Part shown: positions 5,827-14,611 of the stretch, piece after piece
Layout: every line of letters starts with the position of its first letter
Numbering within the stretch: position 1 is the first letter of the stretch
Assembly (NCBI GenBank): GCA_050949045.1
Contig: JBMNEZ010000001.1
Location: 108,716-172,715, forward strand
Source of the DNA: Candidatus Izemoplasmatales bacterium
GTDB taxonomy: Bacteria; Bacillota_I; Bacilli_A; Izemoplasmatales; Hujiaoplasmataceae
DNA length: 64,000 nucleotides
Direction of reading: 5' to 3'
Position numbers and translations under genes: made by a program
The notes under the pieces: generated by a model
What the model was told of the DNA's origin: nothing
The model's input: only the letters and a program-made list of their open reading frames with translations
Databases searched by the model: none

Positions 5827-8769
5827 ATGATTTTTAAACGCTTATTAGAAAAAAAACCATCGCGTTTTTGGTTTATATTCACGGTTATTATCAGCGTATT
5901 AATGATTGCAATCAATGCTGTCGCCATTTATTGGAGCGGTATAATCAGCATTGCATTACGCGGTGATATAGCGCACAAGGCGGAAAATGCCGAGGATGCA
6001 GTGGTGTATTACGAAAAAAGCACCTCAAGCAAGGATGAAGCTAATGCCCAAGCGCAAAGCATTACGCAAAGGATTGCCGAAGAGGGCTTTATTTTGTTGA
6101 AAAACGACAACGCCTTGCCTTTGAAAAAATCTGCGCAAGTGTCCGTCTTTGGCAAAAACTCTGTTAATCTCGTTTATGGCGGCTCGGGCTCGGGTGGTGG
6201 CGACGCTACGCTTCCAAAAAAGACGCTTTATGAAAGTCTTACATCACAGGGGATTGTTTTTAATCCAGTACTGAAAGCGTTTTACGAGGATAACACTCTA
6301 TCGGGACCCGGTAGAGAAAGTAATTCCGGCGACTTAGACAGTGGCGATACAGTCACTATTGGAACTGGAGAAACGCCACAAAGCAGTTATACCAACACTG
6401 TCAAGAACAGTTATGCAGATTATGCGGACGCGGCCATTGTCGTTTTTTCAAGAGTTGGCGGCGAAGGCTTTGATTTGCCTATGGTAGGCGCCAACGGCGC
6501 AAGGCATTATCTTGATTTAGATACAAATGAAAGAGACTTGCTTGAAAGTGTTTGTGCATCTGACTTTGAACATGTAATTGTTGTTCTCAACACTTTAAAC
6601 ATAATGGAAACAGGCTTTTTAAATGAATATGACGGAAAAATAGATGCCTGTATTTGGATTGGAGGACCAGGTTCAACAGGGATTATGGCCTTGGGGAGAA
6701 TACTTGACGGTACTGTTACTCCTTCAGGCCATACAACCAACACATGGCCCTATGATTTTAAAAAAGATCCTACTTGGAATAATTTTTCTGAAAGAGGAAT
6801 ATCAAAAGGTGACATCTATTTTAACACCGAAACGAACAAAAACACAGCGTATAACTACGTAAATTATGAAGAAGGAATTTATGTCGGTTATCGTTATTAT
6901 GAGACGCGCGCTGCACAGGAACGTGAAAAAAACGGAAACGATAATTGGTATATAGAAAACGTTGCATTTCCATTCGGTTATGGGTTAAGTTACACCACTT
7001 TTAAATGGGAATTGACAAATAGTCAAAGCATAGATGGTGTTAAAATAAATAAGAATGGAAATTACTCAGTAACAGTCAATGTAATTAATACAGGTTCTTA
7101 TAAGGGCAAGGAAGTAGTTCAAATGTATGCAAAACTTCCTTATACAGCAAATGGTGTAGAGAAACCTTATGTGGTTTTGTGCGGTTATGCAAAAACAGAT
7201 ATGCTGTACCCTACCGCTGAAAAAGCAATTAATGCAGAAGAGGCAGCGGGAAATAAAAAGCCAAATTCCCAAAAAATCACGATCACGTTTTCGCCTTATG
7301 ATATCGCTTCTTACGATTACAGCAAAAAAAGCGGTCACGAAGGATACATAATTGAAAGTGGTGCTTATGAGCTCTTGTTGTGCAGCGATGCACACACAAG
7401 CAAGTTTTCTGTGCCGTTTAGTGTCGAAGATGACATTGTTTACGAAAACGATCCCATAACAAATACAAGAGTAGTCAACAGATACACCAATTGCGCAGAC
7501 AGTGCTTTCAATTCGGATACGATGATTGCGGACTTCCAAATGAGCAGAAATGACTTATCTATCCTACCGGATGCGTATCAGGACGCCGACAGACAAGTTA
7601 CAACTGAGTTTATCAACTTAATTGCAGACTTAACGCATAATAATCCAAACGCCGCCGGTATTACTGAAATGCCTAAACAAGGTAAGGTTGCAACAATGGA
7701 TTTGGCGGGAGTGTTACAATATGACGCGGCAACCCAGACTTACTACGCAAACTACGATGACAATGCGAGTTGGGATGTTATTCTAGATGCTGTTTCTATC
7801 AACTCCATGCTAAATATGTATAACACCGCTGCATTTAAAACTAACAAGATCGATAACATTAACAAGCCTCAGACACTCGAATCCGACGGACCTGTGGGAT
7901 GGTGTAATTTCATTTCGCTTACTGATCCAACTTGGAAAGGAAACAATGTTTATACCTCACAGGTTGTTATGTCCGCAACATGGAATGTCGATTTAATCGA
8001 GGAAATGGGCAAATGCGTAGGGGAAGAAGGCTTATGGGGCGCAGTTAACTCCGATGGTCGCCCTTACAGCGGCTGGTATGCGCCTGGAGTGAATATCCAT
8101 CGCTCGCAATTTGGCGGTAGAAACTTTGAGTATTTTTCTGAAGATAGCTATTTGACAGGCACAATGGGCGCAGCGGAAATAAAAGGCTGCCAGTCAAAGG
8201 GCGTTTATTGCTATGTGAAGCATTTTGCGGTAAACGAACAGGAAACTCATCGAATGGGGGCCTGCAACTGGCTTACCGAGCAGGCTTTGCGTGAACTGTA
8301 TCTAAAACCGTTTGAGATAGTGGTCAAGCAGGGAAAAACAAGAGCCATGATGTCCAGCTTTACACGTATAGGAACAAGATGGACAGGCGGAGATTATAGG
8401 CTTTTGACAGAGATATTACGTGACGAATGGGGATTTAGAGGCACAGTTATTTGCGATTACAATGCGACAAGCAATTTTATGAATTGTAGACAAATGGTAT
8501 ATGCAGGCGGAGATTTAAATCTTTGTTCCTCCATTAGTAAGCAATGGAATGACTTTGACAGTACATCTGCCGTAGATGTAACAATGTTGAGAAACGCAAC
8601 AAAAAATGTGCTCTATACTGTGGCCAACTCAAACGCTATGAATAGTCTAAGCTATTATTACACGCTCGCTACATGGAAGATTTGCCTTATTGTGGCAGAT
8701 GTTTTGACTGTGTTGGGTCTTGCAGTATGGGGAATTCTAGCCATTCGCAAATCACGTAAAATGCTTTAA
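5827..8769 (+). CDS. Doubly membrane-anchored (N- and C-terminal TM) permuted GH3 glycosidase A'
   Basis: I prefer the ATG at 5827 (GAGGAG 8 nt upstream) over the track's GTG at 5821. N-terminal TM FWFIFTVIISVLMIAINAVAIYW. Motif order: LLKNDNALPL, VGGEGFDL, TPSGHT, then [12 protein letters not shown] and GKEVVQMY, then SDGPVGW, HRSQFGGRNFEYFSEDS, KHFAVNEQETHR, WGFRGTVICDYN. C-terminal TWKICLIVADVLTVLGLAVWGILAIRKSRKML. Confidence 0.85.
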   Translation: MIFKRLLEKKPSRFWFIFTVIISVLMIAINAVAIYWSGIISIALRGDIAHKAENAEDAVVYYEKSTSSKDEANAQAQSITQRIAEEGFILLKNDNALPLKKSAQVSVFGKNSVNLVYGGSGSGGGDATLPKKTLYESLTSQGIVFNPVLKAFYEDNTLSGPGRESNSGDLDSGDTVTIGTGETPQSSYTNTVKNSYADYADAAIVVFSRVGGEGFDLPMVGANGARHYLDLDTNERDLLESVCASDFEHVIVVLNTLNIMETGFLNEYDGKIDACIWIGGPGSTGIMALGRILDGTVTPSGHTTNTWPYDFKKDPTWNNFSERGISKGDIYFNTETNKNTAYNYVNYEEGIYVGYRYYETRAAQEREKNGNDNWYIENVAFPFGYGLSYTTFKWELTNSQSIDGVKINKNGNYSVTVNVINTGSYKGKEVVQMYAKLPYTANGVEKPYVVLCGYAKTDMLYPTAEKAINAEEAAGNKKPNSQKITITFSPYDIASYDYSKKSGHEGYIIESGAYELLLCSDAHTSKFSVPFSVEDDIVYENDPITNTRVVNRYTNCADSAFNSDTMIADFQMSRNDLSILPDAYQDADRQVTTEFINLIADLTHNNPNAAGITEMPKQGKVATMDLAGVLQYDAATQTYYANYDDNASWDVILDAVSINSMLNMYNTAAFKTNKIDNINKPQTLESDGPVGWCNFISLTDPTWKGNNVYTSQVVMSATWNVDLIEEMGKCVGEEGLWGAVNSDGRPYSGWYAPGVNIHRSQFGGRNFEYFSEDSYLTGTMGAAEIKGCQSKGVYCYVKHFAVNEQETHRMGACNWLTEQALRELYLKPFEIVVKQGKTRAMMSSFTRIGTRWTGGDYRLLTEILRDEWGFRGTVICDYNATSNFMNCRQMVYAGGDLNLCSSISKQWNDFDSTSAVDVTMLRNATKNVLYTVANSNAMNSLSYYYTLATWKICLIVADVLTVLGLAVWGILAIRKSRKML

Positions 8770-8950
8770 TGATGACTAGTCAATAGGATAGCGACAAATC
8801 ACTTGCGAAAGCATAGGGAATACAACTGTGTCATCAATAACCCAAGATTATGAAACATTATGCAATTAGAATATATGAACTGACAATATTAAATAATTTT
8901 AATAATAGGTTATTTTCGTATTTCCATGCTTTTGATGAACTTACATGATG

Positions 8951-8981
8951 ATAAAGCCCTCCCGATTAAGGAGGGCTTTAT
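8951..8981 (+). terminator. Stem-loop downstream of GH3 A'
   Basis: ATAAAGCCCTCC, loop cgattaa, GGAGGGCTTTAT (12-bp GC-rich stem). The downstream T-tract is weak. Confidence 0.5.
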
Positions 8982-9268
8982 GATACAAAATTTACATTTT
9001 CATTGAATACTTTCGACACTACACATTATTGGATAATATACAAACAATACTACATAATCAATTCGAATACGTAAATATTAACCCTATGTTGGAATAAGTT
9101 TTACTGGATTTGTATTGATAAATTTCTTTCAAAACGTCCGCAACACATATTATTCACTCAATAATATATTTAATCATGAACAATGTTTTTTATCTTGATT
9201 TGTATATCTGTTTGCTAAATTGAGCTATTTTTTAGATGGCAATACTTGTATACTGTTTTTTAATTACG

Positions 9269-9277
9269 TGCTATAAT
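9269..9277 (+). promoter_or_regulatory. Extended -10 element (TGcTATAAT) upstream of the symporter gene
   Basis: TGCTATAAT lies 35 nt upstream of the ATG at 9312. No good -35 at 17-nt spacing. Confidence 0.35.
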
Positions 9278-9311
9278 ACAGTAAACTTTTGAAACACTAC
9301 TGGAGGTATTT

Positions 9312-10730
9312 ATGTTTCTTTCAACTTTTCAAAACAGCAACTATTTTTACTGGCAATTGGTTATCCAATTTGGGATTGTATCGTTAATGTTACTGATTGC
9401 CAATATTATCCGACGAAAAGTTAAAGTATTCAGGAATTTGTTGTTTCCTACCGCTATCATAGCGGGGTTTATCGGATTAGGCGTCAAGTATCTGATTTTT
9501 GGATTAGATGTTCAAATTGACGGACAATTGATATTGACCAATGATTTTTTAGAAGCGGTTACCTATCATACCATTGCGCTCGGATTTATTTCTATGGGAT
9601 TAAAAAGTTTCAAAGATGAAAGCACCAAAAAATATAATGGCAAACCTTTTAAAACGGGTTTGGTTATCGTAAACACATATTTACTACAAGGTATTGTTGG
9701 TGTAGCCATAACGATAATCCTGTCCTATATATTTGTCGAAATAGCTCCTTTTGCCGGATTGCTTTTACCAATGGGCTATGGACAAGGGCCGGGACAGGCA
9801 GCCAATATCGGCGGTTTATTTGAAGAAAACGGTTTTGTCGGTGGGAAGTCATTTGGATTGTCTATTGCGGCCTTCGGCATTCTTTGGGCTTGCACAGCCG
9901 GGATCTATTATATCAATAAAAGATCTAAGGAAGGGAAAATCCAACGAGCTGACGAAGAAATCGCCCAAGTAGTCTCGGCTGAAGAAATCGAATCAATAGA
10001 TGAAATTCCTGTTAGTGAAGCGATTGACAAAATGAGTATTCAAATCATTTTGATCAGTGTCACATATGCTTTGAGTTTTCTATTTATGAAAACAGTAACG
10101 ACATTAATCAACATTAAGGAAGTTACCGGATTAATTTGGGGCTTTAACTTTATTTTTGGAATGCTCTTCGCTATGTTTGTCAAGATGATTTTGAAGGGCC
10201 TAAGAAAAAGCAAACTGATGAAGCGTAAATATACAAACGAATATATGTTAAACCGGATTACCGGTGTGGTATTTGACTATATGATAGTTGCCGGTATTAT
10301 GTCAATCAATATCGAAGTGCTCGCAAATACTGGTTTATGGGTTGGATTGCTGGTAATCACGACCGTTGGGGGCATTTTAACTTACCGTTACTTGCGTTAT
10401 ACGGTCAAGAGAATATACCCGGATTACGAACATCAAGCATTTGCGGTTCTGTTTGGAAATTTAGCCGGGACCGCTTCGAATGGCATCGCTTTATTGCGAG
10501 AAATCGATCCTGATTTTAAAACGCCGGCAGCGGATGACTTAGTCACCGGTTCTTCAACAGCCGTTTTGTTTGGTGCGCCGCTATTGGCGATCACAGCATT
10601 GATATATCAGCCTAAATGGTATTACCTGTGGGGCTCTTGGGTCGTAATGATCATCTTTTTTGTACTTTTTTCTTTCTTACTGTTCAAGAAGCCCGCTAAA
10701 ACGAAAAAGGCAAAAAAACAAACTGATTAA
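9312..10730 (+). CDS. GltS/ESS-family sodium:glutamate-type symporter (putative)
   Basis: Polytopic membrane protein. The layout and local motifs resemble E. coli GltS as I recall it: an N-terminal helix then a basic loop (IIRRKVKVFRNLLFPTAIIAGFIGLG), a central GQGPGQAANIGGLFEE region and a C-terminal GNLAGTASNGIALL. GGAGG ribosome-binding site. Confidence 0.55.
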   Translation: MFLSTFQNSNYFYWQLVIQFGIVSLMLLIANIIRRKVKVFRNLLFPTAIIAGFIGLGVKYLIFGLDVQIDGQLILTNDFLEAVTYHTIALGFISMGLKSFKDESTKKYNGKPFKTGLVIVNTYLLQGIVGVAITIILSYIFVEIAPFAGLLLPMGYGQGPGQAANIGGLFEENGFVGGKSFGLSIAAFGILWACTAGIYYINKRSKEGKIQRADEEIAQVVSAEEIESIDEIPVSEAIDKMSIQIILISVTYALSFLFMKTVTTLINIKEVTGLIWGFNFIFGMLFAMFVKMILKGLRKSKLMKRKYTNEYMLNRITGVVFDYMIVAGIMSINIEVLANTGLWVGLLVITTVGGILTYRYLRYTVKRIYPDYEHQAFAVLFGNLAGTASNGIALLREIDPDFKTPAADDLVTGSSTAVLFGAPLLAITALIYQPKWYYLWGSWVVMIIFFVLFSFLLFKKPAKTKKAKKQTD

Positions 10731-10750
10731 TATACTGCAATTGATTAACA

Positions 10751-10787
10751 AAATCCGAGTGAAGTGTTTTCATTCGGATTTTTTTGA
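10751..10787 (+). terminator. Rho-independent terminator of the symporter gene
   Basis: AAATCCGAGTG, loop, CATTCGGATTT, followed by TTTTTGATTT. Confidence 0.7.
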
Positions 10788-10853
10788 TTTCAAGTGGTCG
10801 GAGTTGACGACCATTGCGAAAAGCGTGGATCACAAAGAATGGAGTCCGAAACT

Positions 10854-10889
10854 AAAAAAAGTCTGTGGAATGAACATCAACGGCCACAG
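10854..10889 (-). terminator. Terminator of the oxidoreductase gene
   Basis: On the minus strand: CTGTGG, 16-nt loop, CCACAG, then ACTTTTTTT. It begins 10 nt after the stop codon. The stem is short. Confidence 0.45.
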
Positions 10890-10898
10890 GCATTTTAT

Positions 10899-11864
10899 TT
10901 ATTCAAAAGGGTATTTAAGTTTGATCAACTTACGTATCTGGTCGAGATAAGACATTGATTCTCTCGATGCTTCATGAGTCATGATTGGATCTTCCAACAA
11001 GCCGTTTTCGATATCATCCGCAAACGCGATAATTTCATGGACAAAACCGTCGCCTTTATAAGGGATTGTGATTTTTTTGCCATCGATGGATACTACTTGA
11101 CAGCCGAAAAATCTTTTAAGTTCGATGCAGGAGTTGCTGTACTCCAGTCTGGCTTTGTTTGAGAGGAACCTTTTCATACTGGAGCGAAGTCTGATTTTTG
11201 CATCGTTTTCATCGGTAATGAGGACGTCGCATTCGGAGTCTACTCCGGTTTTGGTGAATGCGGCGCTTGCGACAATGGTTTTCACCGGCACTTTCTTCAC
11301 ATAGTTATACAGGCTGAGATTATATACTCCCAAATCGAGCAGGCTTCCTCCTGCCAGATCAGGGTTCATCAGCCTTTTTTTAGGAGAACTGAACAGGGCC
11401 AAGGGATGACCAAACTCAATGGTTGCCTTTTTGAGATCGCCAAGTTTTCCGGAATCAACCAGACTTTTCACATATTTTACAGCAGGGAGAAACCTTGTCC
11501 ACAGCGCTTCCATTATTAAGACATTGTTCGTTTTGGCTGCTTTGATTAGTTCTTCATATTGATGTAGATTGACGGTGATCGGTTTCTCGACGAGGACATG
11601 CTTTTTGTTCTTGATGAACAACAAAGCCAGCTCATAGTGGAAGGTATGAGGCGTTGCGATGTATGCCGCATCGATGACATCGCTTTTTGCCATATCCGAG
11701 TAACTGGAGAATGCATGTTCGAGACCAAGCGCTTTTTTGTATGCTTCAGCCTTATCGATTGTCCGCGAAGCAACAGCGGTTATCACGGCGTTATCGACCA
11801 ACTTGATATCTTTGCAGAATCTCTTGGCGATTCCGCCGGCACCGACGATACCGAATCTTACCAT
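10899..11864 (-). CDS. Gfo/Idh/MocA-family NAD(P)-dependent oxidoreductase
   Basis: I moved the start to MVRFGIVGAGGIAKRF (GGAGGA 6 nt upstream). Rossmann GxGxxA motif, and EKP motif (VLVEKPITV). Confidence 0.8.
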   Translation of the reverse strand: MVRFGIVGAGGIAKRFCKDIKLVDNAVITAVASRTIDKAEAYKKALGLEHAFSSYSDMAKSDVIDAAYIATPHTFHYELALLFIKNKKHVLVEKPITVNLHQYEELIKAAKTNNVLIMEALWTRFLPAVKYVKSLVDSGKLGDLKKATIEFGHPLALFSSPKKRLMNPDLAGGSLLDLGVYNLSLYNYVKKVPVKTIVASAAFTKTGVDSECDVLITDENDAKIRLRSSMKRFLSNKARLEYSNSCIELKRFFGCQVVSIDGKKITIPYKGDGFVHEIIAFADDIENGLLEDPIMTHEASRESMSYLDQIRKLIKLKYPFE

Positions 11865-12076
11865 TAGACGTCCTCCGTTTAGAATTGACTTTTTTACAGA
11901 AAAGCCAATATGCATAATCAAACGATGATTTTTTGTTTCTGTGATAGAGCATACCAAAGATGGTTTGACAGATATTATTTTATGCGAATTCATCGAAATG
12001 CACAATATCAATGAAAGGATTTCCGTAAACCGTTGACGGTAGTTTATCTGATCTTATGCCAAAGTCAATAAATGAA

Positions 12077-12085
12077 TGGTATAAT
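12077..12085 (+). promoter_or_regulatory. Extended -10 element (TGgTATAAT) upstream of the CPBP gene
   Basis: TGGTATAAT lies ~155 nt upstream of the ATG at 12243, in the divergent intergenic region. Confidence 0.35.
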
Positions 12086-12242
12086 TTACATATATGTGAA
12101 AGATTACGACTCTCTGTTATAGTGCATATTGACTAATAAAAGTTATTGGCACTGACTGATTTCTCCGTATCAGTTTCTATATACTGTAATCTCTCGTTTT
12201 TCAACTGTATATGGTTTCATCGCGTGTTTTGGAGGAAGACAG

Positions 12243-13046
12243 ATGGCAAACTTGATTAAACACAAGAAAATCTTGATAATTCTCACATCATTATTCATTT
12301 TGGTGATCCTGGCGAGCCAATTTTTGCGATTGACGTTCTTTACCGATGATCTGACAAAGAAAATGGCCAATGATATTTCTATTAGGCTGGGCATGGGATT
12401 GATATTCTTGTTTATGATGTATTACATGGGGTATTGTCTTTTCAAAAAACCCGGGAAATCGTGGATACAATTACTTTTTGTTTTGATTCCGGGTTTATTA
12501 ATATCCATAAACAACTTTCCGATAAGCGCTTATTTGTCATCGCGAACCACTTTAACCGAGCCAATCCATACTGTCTTTTTTTATGCGGTTGAGTGTTTGG
12601 CAATCGGCTTTTTTGAAGAAACGGTTTTTCGAGGAGTTATTCTGTTGGTTTTGTTACAGAGGTTGCCGCAAACCAAGCGCGGAAGTTTCATGGCGATCAT
12701 TGTTTCCTCGGCTCTTTTCGGCTTGACTCATCTTTTCAATTTGTTTGTTGGGGCGGCAGTTCCAGACACGTTGATTCAAGTGGGATATTCTTTTTTGATG
12801 GGGGCTATGTGGAGTGTGATATATATTGCGACAGAAAACTTGCTGTTCCCCATCCTGCTTCATGCATCCTACAACTTTTTCGGAGAGGTGTTGTTTCGCC
12901 TGGGAACCGTATCAAACCGGTTTGATTTTCCGACCATACTGGTCACTTCCATTTTGGCAGTTTTGGCAATCATGGCATATTCGCTTGTTTTCTGTAAAAT
13001 CAAACAAGAGGATCTTGCCAATATCGGCGCAAGCGATTCCCGGTAA
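12243..13046 (+). CDS. CPBP-family (CAAX/Rce1-like, Abi) glutamic intramembrane endopeptidase
   Basis: All three signature motifs occur in order inside TM helices: FEETVFRG (EExxxR), FGLTHL (FxxxH) and HASYNF (HxxxN). About 7-8 predicted TM segments. GGAGGAAG ribosome-binding site. Confidence 0.85.
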   Translation: MANLIKHKKILIILTSLFILVILASQFLRLTFFTDDLTKKMANDISIRLGMGLIFLFMMYYMGYCLFKKPGKSWIQLLFVLIPGLLISINNFPISAYLSSRTTLTEPIHTVFFYAVECLAIGFFEETVFRGVILLVLLQRLPQTKRGSFMAIIVSSALFGLTHLFNLFVGAAVPDTLIQVGYSFLMGAMWSVIYIATENLLFPILLHASYNFFGEVLFRLGTVSNRFDFPTILVTSILAVLAIMAYSLVFCKIKQEDLANIGASDSR

Positions 13047-13297
13047 TCGATTGTATCGCTACTGCAAATTGACTAATTTGTCTTTTGGTATGGGCAATTA
13101 TTTGTGAAACAAAATACCGCCATATGTATGAATATTCCCTTTGGGGTCGCCTAAAAATGTTATAATATTGTTAGAGAATTATTTGTAATGGCGATCATGG
13201 GAAATGAAAATAATCCGCTAACGATTCAAAAGAAGAATCATAATATTCTTTATTCTTATATGTGAACATATAGGACAGGACAAAGGAGCCGCAACAA

Positions 13298-14611
13298 ATG
13301 AATTTGACAAATAATTACAAACACTTGGCAATTGACATTGGAGCGAGCGGGGGAACTGCAGTTGTCGGATCTAGCGGTTCTGATCGGCAAAAACTGCTTG
13401 AGGTATACCGCTTTAACAACCAAATGGAAAATTCGGATGCTGGACTGGTATGGAATATCAACCATCTTTTCAAAGAAATCCTGACAAGCATCAAGATCGC
13501 TTCTGAAAAATATCCCGATCTCAAATCCGTAGGAATTGACACGTGGGGAGTCGACTACGTTTTAATGAACGGCGATGAACCGTTACTTCCGGTCTATGCT
13601 TATCGAAATGACAGGACAAAGAGCGTGATCGATGAAGTACATGGCATTATCCCCTTTGAAAAATTGTATGGCATGACGGGCTGCCAGTTCCAAAGGTTCA
13701 ATACCCTGTATCAGCTATATGCGGACAAACAGGCAAATCGCCTTGAAAAAGCAAGCGACTTTCTGATGTTGCCTGACTATTTCTATTACAGACTGACAGG
13801 TATAAAAACACATGAGTATACCAATGCAACGACGACCGGAATGGTTAACCCCTTAACCGGAGAATTTGATCAAGATCTTGTTCGGACATTGGGAATGCCG
13901 AAGCGCTTGTTTCCGAAAATCACGCAACCAGGATTATGTCAACCGGTCAGGAAAGAATATTCAAAAACAGGCTTAATTTCGGTTCTAGTCGCAACTCATG
14001 ACACCGCAAGCGCCGTTGAATCCCTTGATATTTCCGGCAACACGATTTATATTTCAAGCGGAACTTGGTCTTTGATTGGTGTCAAGAGAGACAAGCCGAT
14101 CCGCTCCGAACAAGCCATGAAAAGCAACTTCACAAATGAAGGCGGGCTTGGCTACACCCGTTTTCAAAAAAATATCATGGGGCTTTGGATAGTGCAGGAG
14201 TTGAAGAGAGAATTCAATATTGAAACCTATGAAGAGATGGTCCGACTGGCTAAGATGAGCTGTTATCAGAAGACCTTTGATGTGAATGACTCTCGTTATC
14301 TATCTCCGAAATCAATGTATCGAGAAATTGAGATGGAGTTAAGAAAGCGCTATGACAAATCACCGGAAAACAAAGGAGATATCATCAATTCCGTCTTCCA
14401 CAGCTTGGCAAAATGCTATTCGGTGGCTGTCGAGGAAATTGAAACCATCACCGGGAAGAAATACGATTCCATCATCATTTTTGGCGGAGGAGCCAAAAAC
14501 AATTATCTCAATTCCTTGGTTGAAAACTACACTAAAAAAACAGTCAATGCGTATCCGATAGAAGCGTCAGCTCTCGGCAACATAAAAATACAAAGTGAAG
14601 TGATAAAATGA
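13298..14611 (+). CDS. rhaB: Rhamnulokinase (FGGY family)
   Basis: N-terminal LAIDIGASGG and DTWGVDYV FGGY motifs. AAAGGAG ribosome-binding site. 4-nt ATGA overlap with rhaA downstream. Confidence 0.8.
   Translation: MNLTNNYKHLAIDIGASGGTAVVGSSGSDRQKLLEVYRFNNQMENSDAGLVWNINHLFKEILTSIKIASEKYPDLKSVGIDTWGVDYVLMNGDEPLLPVYAYRNDRTKSVIDEVHGIIPFEKLYGMTGCQFQRFNTLYQLYADKQANRLEKASDFLMLPDYFYYRLTGIKTHEYTNATTTGMVNPLTGEFDQDLVRTLGMPKRLFPKITQPGLCQPVRKEYSKTGLISVLVATHDTASAVESLDISGNTIYISSGTWSLIGVKRDKPIRSEQAMKSNFTNEGGLGYTRFQKNIMGLWIVQELKREFNIETYEEMVRLAKMSCYQKTFDVNDSRYLSPKSMYREIEMELRKRYDKSPENKGDIINSVFHSLAKCYSVAVEEIETITGKKYDSIIIFGGGAKNNYLNSLVENYTKKTVNAYPIEASALGNIKIQSEVIK

Noticed and set aside
5849-5856. Poly-A tracts near the 5' ends of surface-protein genes as phase-variation switches: A8 at 5849-5856, A7 at 4388-4394 and A7 at 44921-44927.
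   Set aside because: They encode the Lys-rich n-regions of signal and anchor peptides (AAA AAA codons), which is expected in this codon usage. The tracts are short, and a single sequence gives no evidence of length heterogeneity.
10660-10950. 96-aa plus-strand ORF bridging the symporter 3' end and the oxidoreductase 3' end.
   Set aside because: It runs through two terminator hairpins in a convergent intergenic region and has no ribosome-binding site.
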